Source of the DNA: Xylographa opegraphella | Taxonomy: Eukaryota | Length of the DNA: 64,000 bases | Direction of reading: 5' to 3' | Assembly: GCA_022813865.1 (NCBI GenBank) | Contig: JALDZX010000081.1 | Span: 1-64,000, forward strand | In this document: piece after piece, positions 1 to 11,272 of the stretch | Numbering within the stretch: position 1 is the stretch's first letter | Layout: every line of letters begins with the position of its first letter | The notes under the pieces: model-generated | Database searches by the model: none | Told to the model about the DNA's origin: nothing | The model's input: the letters and a program-made list of their open reading frames with translations, nothing else | Translations under genes and position numbers: made by a program

Positions 1-170
1 TTTTAATTTTTTTTTCGAATTTTTAGTTGTAATTAATATAAAATATATTTAAAGTTTCGCCTTGAATATTTTCTTATTTTTATAAAAATTAATTTCATAT
101 TTTCCAAATTAAATATAATAATTTAAAAGTATCGACTAATAAAATAAACTGGTAGAATGATAATAGCGTT
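1..170. other. AT-rich segment, probable edge of a RIP-degraded repeat or heterochromatic block
   Basis: Very AT- and TpA-rich, no ORF, abrupt switch to balanced composition at about 180. Origin is inferred. Confidence 0.5.
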
Positions 171-554
171 GATATTCTGCCAAGACACTACCATGTACTA
201 ACATTATTTACCCCTGCAACCACAGTATGCGCAGTGTTCAGGAAAATGAGTACTGTAGAACAAGCGACCCCGCATCTCCAGCAGCAGCCCGAGGCCTTGC
301 CTACGTCTAGTGCGCTGAGATACTTAACGGCCTGAGAAATGTATACAGCACCCTCCGGGCAGAGTTTCGCTCGAGACAGTCGATATTGTAATAGACCTCC
401 TATGCCTACCCAGGTACACTGCTCCACGAAGCTAGCGTTTCCGCAAGTCCAGTTCCAGTCAGCTGTACAATAGCTTCAAAGCTCCTGTACTCCATACCGT
501 CTCCTCCTAACTACAAACTCGGAGGAAAGCACTGCTTCTCCAAGGTATGTGGGC

Positions 555-2845
555 ATGATGTGGGGAGCTGCGCCTCGTATGCTGTCTGCAAAGACGTGCC
601 ATGCTACCAAATCTCATTATCGATGTTTGTTGACTCGTTCGTTGTGTCGAGGTTCGGCGCAGGTACGCAGGCCCAATTGGTACATCTCGAGGCAGAGTAG
701 CTGATCACTACAGCCTCCACTACTCGCACAGACAATCCCGGAACACTTTAGCTCGATCGTAGATAAGTTCGGAGAACGGACGGCGTGGGTTCGGTTCAGC
801 TCCTTGGCGCATCAGCAAGTAGCTAAAGCTCTATCAGAGTCGTTTCCCGTCACCAGAAGGAGCGCCTTGATTACAATACGCTCCAGTCAAGAAGTAATGA
901 TTTGGCTTCTGGTCTCGCCAGCATCGCGGTCAAGAAGGGAGATCGCGTGGCTGTCTCGCTTGGGAACAGCATCGAGTATGCTATTGTACGGTCGAAGTAC
1001 TGAGAACGCCTGAAGCGTGGCTGATGAATACAAAGGCTACATATAGCCTTTTCAAACTGGGTGCTATTCTTGTAAGTCTGGATTCTCTTACATAACACGT
1101 ACTGCCAGGGCTGGTCTATACCTTTGAGGGTTTATGATCCGGTCTTCAAAATTTCACTTGAAGTCATTTTCTGTACCTTCGTGACATGGCAAAGAAGGTC
1201 AGGCGCTAGCAGTCAATAATTGTTCACAACGAAGTGCCTCGCTTTGTCATTCTGTCTTTGAACATGCATCCCTTAATTCTCCGCTCACTCGACCTGATTT
1301 CTCCAGGTGCCTCTCAATCCAGCTTTTACAACCACACAGGTGATCTCAGCCCTCAACCACCTCCAGGTATCCTGCCTATTTATTGGTACAGAGACGATTC
1401 TCTCACGAAGGTCACCGGTGTCTAATATCCCACTTCTGAAGGAGATTTTTGAGTTTTCCAAACCGTTAGCGCGACCTGGCCATGTTGTTCCTTCGCTACA
1501 GCAGGTCATAATTGTCGATAATTCATCTGGCCGTGTTGATATTAGCGGCCTCGAGAGTGCGCGTCACTTCAGTGAGGTTTTAGAATATGGACACAATCGC
1601 AAGGATGTCTCAATTCCCGATCTCCACCCAGACGAAGTGGTCAACATTCAATTTACCTCGGGAACTACCTCAATGCCCAAAGCCGCATGCTTGACTCACC
1701 GCTCAATTTTGAATAATGGAAACAGCATTGGAGATCGGATGCTGCTCACCGAGAAAGATATTGTCTGCTGCCCACCGCCTTTGTTCCATTGCTTTGGCAG
1801 TATTCTTGGCTATATGGCTAGCGCAACTCACGGTTCTGCCATTGTTTTCCCAGCGGAGGCTTTTGACCCAGAAGCAACGCTGAAAAGCGTTCAAGAGGAG
1901 CAATGTACAGCTCTTTATGGAGTTCCGACGATGTTTTCCGCAGAGCTAGAACTCATCCACAACGGGATTGTATCCACAAAGGGGTTTGAGCATCTTCGAA
2001 CGGGAATCGCCGCCGGCTCGAGTATACCTGCTGAGCTAATGCGCAAATTACATAAGACACTTAATCTCACGCAGTTGACGATATGCTACGGCATGACGGA
2101 GACAAGCCCCGTCTCAGCCATGACTACGACAGACGATCCTCTGGAAAAGCGTATCAACAGTGTCGGCAAGCTCCTCCCTCATGTCGAAGCAAAGATCATC
2201 GATCCAGATAATCGGACGAAAATCCTCCCGGTTGGAACACGAGGTGAACTCGCTGTCAGTGGCTATTTGGTAATGCAAGGCTATTGGGGCGACCCCCAAA
2301 TGACGCTGGAAGCGATAATAACCGATGAAGATGGAAAGTCATGGATGCACACCGGCGACGAAGGTACAATGGACCCTGACGGTTATATTCATATCACCGG
2401 TCGTATCAAAGATCTCATCATTAGAGGGGGTGAAAATATCCACCCTCTGGAGCTTGAGAACTGCATTCTAGGCCACCCTGGGGTCGCTGAAGTTAGTGTT
2501 GTCGGCTTACCGGATGATCGGTACGGGGAGGTTGTCGCGGCTTTCGTAGTCAAGAATACACATAGTGGGGACTTTAGTGGAAAGGATATCCGGGTCTGGG
2601 TAGCTGAGCGCTTGAGCAGACATCTTGGTAAGCGAGAGCTGCTTGTGTCTCCTTATACAATAATTGTGTGGAAGCTGACCGTCTCTGCACACGTAGTGCC
2701 CAAATATGTGTTCTGGGTCGATAGCTACCCCAAAACTGCCAGTGGCAAGATACAAAAGTTCAAGTTGCAAACCCTGGGCAGAGAGCTGGTCGCGGAAGGG
2801 GAAGGGCGAGGAGATGGCGAGGTTGCAAAGAGCACATTTGCTTAG
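555..2845 (+). CDS. AMP-dependent acyl-CoA synthetase (ACSF2-like), 6 exons
   Basis: ANL motifs QFTSGTTSMPK, ICYGMTETSP, MHTGD, GRIKDLIIRGGENI, PKTASGKIQK. Upstream exons rebuilt by splicing: (MMWGAAPR)MLSAK..RGSAQ | PPLLAQTIPEHF.. | VVSRHQ..GDRVAVSLGN | ATYSLFKLGAIL | VPLNPAF. Last intron about 2628-2696. Start is 555 or 579. Confidence 0.9.
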
Positions 2846-3385
2846 GTTGTCGAGTTGCCCTCCGGTCGTAGTGCAGAAAGGCATCGCGGTTGATATGTAT
2901 CGTAATGTCCACGCAAGAGCTTGATAATGTTTTCTGTCTGTTGGAGACCTGATCACAGTAGCTCGTCACACCACGAAACCAGATATAAGATATCAAAACA
3001 ACCAGACACCAACCAAATTAGCGAGATTTTATGGCATACTGTAGAAAGGCATCGCTGGTGATACATGTCTCGACTATCGTGCCCGCAGCCATATTGACTC
3101 TCTTGAGGAAACACCAAATCGTGACTGCCGTGTGATACCCGATGGCGGCAATATAGCCAGGCAGATCAGCAGATTTGGTCTCGTAAACCCATATGTGAAA
3201 GCACTACCAAACTCAGCTTACCACTTTCCTGCATTATCCCATTCGTATTCCGCCATCACAGTGCAATGACCCCACGCTGTCCCATTGACTACACACACAG
3301 GACCCCCTTCATCTCCGAATCGCAAAGGCGTATTCATGAAGCTATCGGAAGACAGGTCTGAATAATGTGGTGATATGCGGTCAAC

Positions 3386-4669
3386 TCAACTATTGAAGGT
3401 CCCGAGATAGCGTTGGCTCGACCAAGCCTGATTGAAGATATGTTCCGTCCCAATCCGATCCGATGCCCAATTGCCTATTATCCCTTGAAGCTTAACCCAT
3501 ACCCATCCGACGGAGCCGCGGGTCCGAGTCGCGATCCAGTTTGGCGCGAGCTTGTCCACAAGAGTGTGTGCTCTGGCATATCAGTTCAAGGGAGGTAGCA
3601 GGCTCGATGTGACGCTGAGAGAGACTGGTTGTAAATTTTATGAATAGCAAGAGAAGGCAACTCAATGTTGCATGGGAAGGAAGGCTTGACCGATGTTGGG
3701 CCCGTGATGGAAGGCGCGAGCGCAATTCCGGACACGTCCGTAGAGATGATGTGATGCTTTCTACAAAAAGGCGAAGAAAGCCTCCAGGGAACGGTGGAGA
3801 CACTGCCTGCCAGAGTGATGAGATATAGCGCTGATGCGTAAAAGTCCATGGCCGGCGAGCAGGTGCTTCCACGGAGATGGAGCGCGGTGTATAGTCCGGC
3901 ACGCAAAGAGAGCCTGGGATCAATTCAAGAAGCGGTGAAGTGAATGGGGCTTGTGTGACCGGCAGCGGAGATGTGGGTGCCGGTAAGATCAATCGTACGC
4001 ATTGTCAGAGGGTGCTTGAGAACCGGACTAAGACGAAGGCCGTTAGAGGCAGGAGACTGGAGAGAGTGTTGATCAAGACTGGAGGAGTTGTTGGACAGAA
4101 AGTCAGGAATGCCAGAAGTGAGCATGAGGTTGGCTGTTATTCGGAGGTGGGTGCGATGGATTGTGCCAGAACGACGGTGGAGCAGGCACGGAAGCATTAT
4201 AGTAGACTAGTTGACAAAGGGACAGAGGACACGCGGTATATGGACGGAAGTTTCGAGCCGAGGTGGAAGGACTGGTAGGTCGGGAACGGGTGGATTGACC
4301 ATGGCGTGGAGTACTCATAGTCCAAGTAAGCACAGAAGAATAGAGGGTAGCGTGAAAAAGACACAAAAGTAGGAATCCCGTACTGTGTCTCTGCAGTAGG
4401 TTAGATTAAAGGTAAACGGAGATTAGAGGAAGCGCCCAGGTGACCTCGGTTTGCCGCGGCTGCTTGCAGGGACTGGATCCTGGACGTATCGGCGCTCTTT
4501 TGTTAGGTTGGACGTTGGCCACTGCTTGCAATCGTTTAATGCTGTACGGCTTCGCCTCCTGCTCGAAACGCCACATTACCGAGGGAGCGGAAAATCACAC
4601 CCAGTGGAGGAGGCGAAAGGGGTATAAGGTGGCAAAAAGCACGTACGTATCAAACAGATCTCGTAACAT
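3386..4669 (-). other. Putative multi-intron transcript with microexons (small-ORF gene or lncRNA), product unknown
   Basis: Three intron-like units on minus: 4646-4391 (GTACGT..CTAAC..CAG), 4383-4028 (GTACGG..CTAAC..TAG), 3998-3573 (GTACGA..CTGAT..CAG). They flank 7-nt and 29-nt exons. Confidence 0.4.
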
Positions 4670-6351
4670 CTTCGTTGCTCAAATGGGAATGTACATCGGC
4701 AAAACGGAGCGCAGAAGCGAGGTAATCGCCACCCGGGTGTTCGGAGTGCGTGGATGTTCGGACCGTGCGATACGTGAATGATAGAGCTGGTGTAACATTC
4801 TTGAGACGTCGGTACACGTCACAAGTGTCGAAAGAAGCCATTTCCAAAGTGGCGAATGTGGGTCCCGCGTGCGTCAAAAACTTTTGGAAAGTCGGTAGAA
4901 ACGGGATCGACGTTGACATGGGTGGCAACCATCAGAGCGACGAGAATAGTGCAGCGTATATACAGCGTCATTCGCTCTCTTTCCTGATCGCAAAAAAAGT
5001 GGAAGCAGCAATATCAAAATATGTATTGAAAAAGATCTCAATAAGCTAATATCTCTCGAATAATCCTTAGTATACCTGATTGCCGCAGCGTCAAATCTTG
5101 CACGTTCTCCGCTTTTGCTCTGTCCATACTTCTGGTCAGCTATAGTTGTTTCAGAGCCGGCATGTGTTTATTGAAGCTTTTTATCTCCTTCACGTTCCCA
5201 TATCTCCCCCTTGATTGGTTGCTCATTTGGCAGGACCGATAAGCGAAACGGTGTCAGGCCAGGGATTGTTAGCAGTGGCAGCCTGTCTAACAGTATGTGC
5301 TTCAAAGCTGGTACAGTAGCTGCTCGATAAAGTTGCCTGTGAGTGGTTGCCAAGATCTCATCATCCATCTGGATGTGGGACCTTTTTTTCCATAATCCGG
5401 TTCATGTCTCGACGCATAACTTTTATAGCCGTCCTTTCAAGTTGCTCCTGCTGATTTCACACTATTTATTCCGTCTCTGGTCATTTTGTCATGAACAGCA
5501 AGTCGGGGCGAATTTTCAAGCGGAAGGGAAGGTGTTCATAAATCCAGTCTCGGATAGTCTGGCCTTTGTTAGAAAGTCTCCGGTCTCAGACGCAGGACAG
5601 GGCGCATGATACAGAGAGTCAGATTGCTTACCATCCGGAATATCAAGTGCTGGCGTCCTGGACAAGGACAGCGGCGACCCTTGACGTGAGAACACGGCCA
5701 GCCGACGGTGTAAGTAAGGGTCAAAGAAGCACACCGCTTGAGGGAGTAACAGCCGCAGAGGAGGTTTTCGGCTTCACATCACTAAGAGGACATCAAGCCC
5801 GTTCACTTATACTTGTTATCTTCAATACATCTTTGATCCAAATGGGATGTGCTGCGACAAGCCTTGTGCCGGGCCATTGCGAACGAATGATGGATTGAAT
5901 AATGCCCGATCGAGAACCTGGAGGAGCCCGGCCTCGCTTGCACAGTGTAAGAGGTGAGTCAAAATAGATCATGCACTTCAGAGTTTAACGTACCATCGTT
6001 TGCCTATGCTCTTTCTGATTAAATACTCGTCGTTCTAAACTATTTTATTTGGAATTGGGTCAGGTCATCTAATAAGTTGCGGCTCGCCACGGCTCAAATG
6101 TGGCTCAAGCAATCCAAGCGTCGCTCCCCTAACGGTCTGGGACTTTTCACACCTAAATTCTCGACGCCCAGCCACAATTCCATGACGTGTGTAAACCCAT
6201 ATCTCCAAAGCACAAAGTCGATCATTATCTGAAGAAATGCATTGTCCTCCAGCTGAAATATCCCTCCTAGCGGTTCCACCCCGAAACTTCCTCGAAAATC
6301 CGATCCCCGCGATGCATTATGTCGTAACTTATGCCAATGGTTTCTAGTCTT

Positions 6352-8517
6352 TCAGTCGTTGAGTAAATCATCGATTCGCATGTTCTGAGCCCTTTCGCTG
6401 GACCCCGTCGAGCTGGCCCCGCTCGTGTCTATGAGCTCTTTCCATTCGTGAGCAAAGTCGATCGTGATATTTCGGTCCATGTTCAGAATGATCTTGTCAA
6501 CCGGTTGCTTATACGATAGTCTAGTACATGCGTTGAGGAAGTCTTCGGTCGTGTACTCGACTTCAGGGCCCATAACGTCTTCAAGGTCCTCGGGCATCGG
6601 CGCGCCACAAAGTTCCGCGGTTCTACGGAACATCTCTTGAAGAGGCCCGCAGATAGCGAAGCCTCCTCTGCCGTCCGCGGTCTCTCTGAGGGTTTCTAAG
6701 CAGAATTGCACGACATCTGAAGCCAATGGCTGGCTCGGACTGAATCGCACAAGAACGTCACACACGTGAAGAAGGCAAAAGGTCTGCAATGAGGGCTGGT
6801 ATCGGCAAGTGAACAGCTCTCTGTACAAGACCATGGCTTCATAAGCTTTCCTGGCATGGTCGACGGTAATGGACATGATATGCTGCCGAGTCGGACCTGA
6901 AAAGTGAGACATGTGCAGGAAGGGCTGAAAGAGATGGATTTGCGCCGTATGGTATTCAATACTGGAAAGTCAGTACGGTTTTTCTGATTAGGATGTTCCG
7001 TCGACATACTGAAGAGACAAAACATGAGGGACTAGTTCCTCGAGGTCAATAGCGCTCGAGATGCCGTTCGGTAATGCAATTACTTCTGGAAGTGCTCGCT
7101 CCCAGTCTAGATAAGCTCGGTACTGCTTGAGGAGTAGCTTGGCCGTTATCCTTTTGTCATGACTGTCGTATAGAAGATGGATAGACTCATGGACCAGTCG
7201 CATCAGCCTTGCCTTTTCAGACGCTACTAGTACAGCTGAACTGGGGTGTTCCGATGTCACAGCAAAGTCTCCCGCATGTCGATAAAATCGCCAGAGACCG
7301 TCGTGATTATCGAGGAGAACATGCTGAAATACATCCTCGGCTGCAATTTCGGCTGTCCCCTGAATATTCGGAATTTGATATGTGAGACCACTCCAGGCGC
7401 TGTTGAGATTAGCATTACCAAGTTAGGGTTACATCTGTCAGACGAGGAACTTACACATTGAGGCTGTAAATGCCCCATCTCGTGATTTCCATTGCTTCGG
7501 TCGAATAGTGCTGCTCTAGCCTGGTATTTAGTGAGTCTGCTGCAAGACGGATGTAGTGCGAGGCCCTAGATCCCTTTCCATTGCCCAGTTCTACCAGGAA
7601 AATCAGTGCAAGCGTCTGGATAGTCGTCATTTTCGGTCGGTCGTCCTGTGGTAAAAGGGTGCGAGCCTCGTCCAGAAATCTTGATCTAAGATACTCTGGA
7701 TCCACTCCCGGCCATAGTGACGCATTGTCACCCATGTCGAACAAATGGCATGCCATAGCAAGGATGGCGCTCACGAGCGCTTTTGTGCAATACAGATCCG
7801 AGCGATTCTTGAAACTTGCCATGAAGTGGTTTTCACTGAAAACCATGTACACGGGATGTACCCACGTAAAATACAACGCCAATAAGTGGTCGATGAGGTC
7901 CTCGTTTCGGGTCACATTCGTCCAGCCGTGTCCTTCTACCAGGTTACCGGAGTTCCGCTCCCCTTCCAGGTCCATACGAAATTCGGCGATTGCTTTGGTC
8001 AGCTGAACCTGGGATCTTGGGGAAAGTGATCGAAAGCCTGGGAAAGGGGGTCTCTCCAGTGACTGGGATATGACTTCGTAGGTTTCACCATTCTTCAGGC
8101 GCTTTAGAATTTCACCACCTTCGCTGGTCCGGATGGCCTTGAGGATTAGATCCACCCAAGTGTTCTTCTCCCGGAGTTCTTTAATCTCCCGGATCATCAC
8201 TTCCTTTTGGGTTTTGGTATGCAGTTCATAGAAGCAATCATCTTGTTGGCCACGATTGACACATCTTTGGCAAGCAGGTTTTGATCCATCACACTGCACA
8301 GACACACGCCCCCGATGGGCGGCACGTTAGTCTTTCTTCTAAAAAAGCCAAACGCTTCGACATCATGGGAATATACCTTCGCCTTGGCCCTCTTGCAACC
8401 CGTGCACGCATTTGACGTAACCGAGTTAGGACCTCGCTTCTTCCTCACGGTATTGAGGACGCCTTGAGCGATCTCGTTCGAGTCGCCTGTGCCACCGCCC
8501 AGACGGCTGGAGGACAT
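6352..8517 (-). CDS. Zn(II)2Cys6 transcription factor with fungal-specific TF domain (NirA-like), 4 exons
   Basis: Spliced cluster CTGCKRAKAK|CDGSKPACQRCVNRGQQDDC. Middle region WTNVT..LIDHLLALYFTWVHP. Introns near 8377-8297, 7454-7400 and 7008-6961 restore one frame. Confidence 0.9.
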
Positions 8518-10277
8518 AGAGTTCGAGATATGGTAAGAAGCTGGACTTTGTGTTTGGTTGTAGAGCAGGAGGTCGAGACCATGACCCCAAACTCTGGTCA
8601 CGGCTTGGCGTAAATGCTCGGAATCAGCTACCTGCGTAGGTACCTCCTATCTACATGCGCCCTAGACGCCGCTAAGAGGACAAAATGACGAACATGGGAA
8701 AGTGAATTCAGATGCGAAAGGCGGTTGCGAAAATTGAGAGCTCGGCACAAAGAATTGCGTTAGCCACACCTATCCTGGGGGACGATCGTCCGACCACAGA
8801 GCAAATCTGCAGCTTCACACGAAATGACGTATTTATTTGCACCAGGGAACGAAAGATCTGGCGGCGGGATCGCTCGAGCTCCTTAATCATAAATGACGCC
8901 GACGTTGAGCAGCAGGACTAGTCATCATATGTCAAGATATTTTTAGGATGGCGAAGCATATTTGGACTGCCTCGAGTGGACCGTCCCCACAGTCGCCGGC
9001 ACGGCCCCAGCGGAGAACGAGAGGGCTGCATCTCATTCAATCGCAGTTATCTAGTGCCCGGCCACGCTCGAGGACGCCGAGGTCTTCTCCTTGATGCTTG
9101 GAGTGATGCCGGTATCGCCATTCATCATACAACGACGGAACGAGCTTGATTGCCGCGCATGTAAGCATGAGACCACAGTCGCAACGCCACTGCCCGCCCG
9201 GGAAGATAGCAACGATGTGCAGTCCAGGGCGTAGTTCGTGAGCAGCAGCCCGGAGGGCTTCTTCCTTGCCGTCTTCGACTCTCCACTTTGTCATCACGAG
9301 AGTCGGCCACTTGGCGAGCCGATGGCGCTCGAAGACGTGCTCCCATCATGGCCCTCGTGACTAGAAAGATGAGGTAGGTAGGTCTTCGTAGATAGATACC
9401 TTCTTCTTGGGTAGGTACCTTAGGTACGGTAAGTACGGTAGCTTATAAGGTACCTCCACCCTGGCCGCCTTTTAATCTACCCCAAGGTCACCTTGTGGCT
9501 TGTGGGAGGGGCATCACCCCTAATCCACCTACCGTTCGTCCGGAACGACATCCTACGCCAACCTGTGTAAGAATGGTGCTGATGTGTGTCGTTTGACCGG
9601 TGATGGGAGGATGTTCAGAGGGTCAGGGAGCGGTGACATCTGCCCATTATTGACCGCGGTGATGGCTCTTCGGGTGTGCCTGACTCTATAAGAATCTCCC
9701 AGAGTAAATCTGGCATTGGGTGCGATTGGTGACGTATGTGGAACAACGATATGCGACCGGAGCCGTCTCCGATCTCCACTGGTGAACTCGAGGAAGGAGT
9801 CAAAAATGATGATGGTCTTTACCACAGTACATTTGGATAATGGTGCTGATGATCATCCACGCATTTCGCCTTCCGCTTGCAGGGCCGCTGGCCTGTCTGA
9901 TTGGGACGCCCATGATTCGTCCGAGGCCAAAGGTACTAGGTACTGTGGGCGCACGGATGCTGCATCAAAGCTAGACAATGCAGACTACCATACCAGGGAC
10001 TTTGAGGCAAGGTAGGTACCGACCACCATGCGGGAATGAGGTGACACCAAACGTGGGGGAGTGGTTACGGTGTACGCCAAGCATGTACCTCCGTATGTCA
10101 TTTATGTCCTATCCATTACTATTATATTTTATAATTATCTCCCGCTGCCCGTCTCAGCGGCCAGTCTGGTCCGGACGATAACGGGTCATGGGTACCAACA
10201 ACTACAAAGTACTCCGTACCAAATGATGTTGTACCTAAGATACCTATCTTATCATACCTACCGAGGTACTAATGTAG

Positions 10278-10314
10278 GTAAGGTAGGTACCGTAAGGTAG
10301 GTACCGTAAGGTAG
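10278..10314 (+). repeat. 14-bp tandem repeat (GTAAGGTAGGTACC) x2.6
   Basis: Direct read of the sequence. Confidence 0.85.
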
Positions 10315-10540
10315 CCTTTGGACCGAACGCGGGTCGATAGCCTGCTTCTAGCGTGAGGCGGGAGAACATTCAGCGCCAACGACTTTTTACCTCCAGAGCT
10401 CGGACGGCGCGTGAGGGATTTCAGTTGAATAAGGTAATGAATACGGTAATAATAATAACAATGAATAATGACTGTGTGCGCTCACCACGACTGCCCCTTC
10501 GACACCCCCACTTCGACGCCTTCTTCCCTGTCTCGCCTGT

Positions 10541-10577
10541 GCCCACGGCCCCACGGCCCCACGGCCCACGGCCCACG
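10541..10577 (+). repeat. 7-8-bp tandem repeat CCCACGG(C) x about 5
   Basis: gcccacggccccacggccccacggcccacggcccacg. Confidence 0.85.
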
Positions 10578-11272
10578 TCTTTCGTCCCAAGCCACCGAAA
10601 AAGCTTCGTTGGCCTCGGAGCGAGCGGAACATGTCACCGTACAGTTCGTGCCACACATCCGCCGACAGATCCCCCACCCCAGCCCCAAACGGAGAATACC
10701 ACCTGTTTTCATAGTACCGTTGTACGGAGTACGGAGTACCACAGTACCTTAAATACCTTAGTTTCTATAGTAGTTCCCGCTTAGGTGTTAGTGCTTCCGT
10801 CCTTTCCGAGTTACTTAACTTAAGGTAGCTAGTGGTGAAACTGCACAGTCCTGGTACCGTAAGTTATGCTATTATTATTGTGGATCGCATCCTGGTGGGA
10901 CCATGTACCCAACCCTTTCCTTCTCTGTCGCTGTCCTCTAACTCCCCAACTTCCTCAACCGCTCTTCCCCACCACGTGGAGCCCCCTCGATTTTTCTACG
11001 ACATCGAAACTGATTCTGCTTCGTAGTCTGCGCGTGCAGAAGACCCCCCCCCCTCTTCCACCTCTCTCCTCCCCCCCCCTCCCCTCCCACACCCCCCAAC
11101 CCCCCACCCTCGTCCCCCGGCTGCTGCACCCCGCCATCACAGCCTGTTGTATGTACCATGCTGGGCATGCTTCTTGCATGAAACAACTGACTGCGTCGTT
11201 CCGAATCCGGCCAGATTTGGACCCTCCAACGCTTTCCGCTCTCTCGCTGGATCGTTCCATGTCAACTCTCGG

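Noticed and set aside
2875..3063. 21-bp imperfect direct repeat (2875-2895 and 3043-3063)
   Set aside because: Only two short copies in a 3' region, with no element structure.
3815..3900. C/D snoRNA (GTGATGA then CTGA)
   Set aside because: No terminal D box or closing stem at a suitable distance.
3774..3955. RNase MRP/P-like P4 halves (GAAAGCCTCC or AAAAGTCCAT with AATGGGGCTT)
   Set aside because: Pairing is imperfect or lacks the conserved bulged U, and other conserved regions are not evident.
3000..5050. Telomerase RNA, suggested by about 2 kb of ORF-poor, hairpin-rich sequence
   Set aside because: No TAACCCTAA-type template found on either strand in this interval.
7422..7431. TTAGGGTT telomere-like word
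   Set aside because: Single copy inside a TF intron, overlapping branch-site-like sequence.
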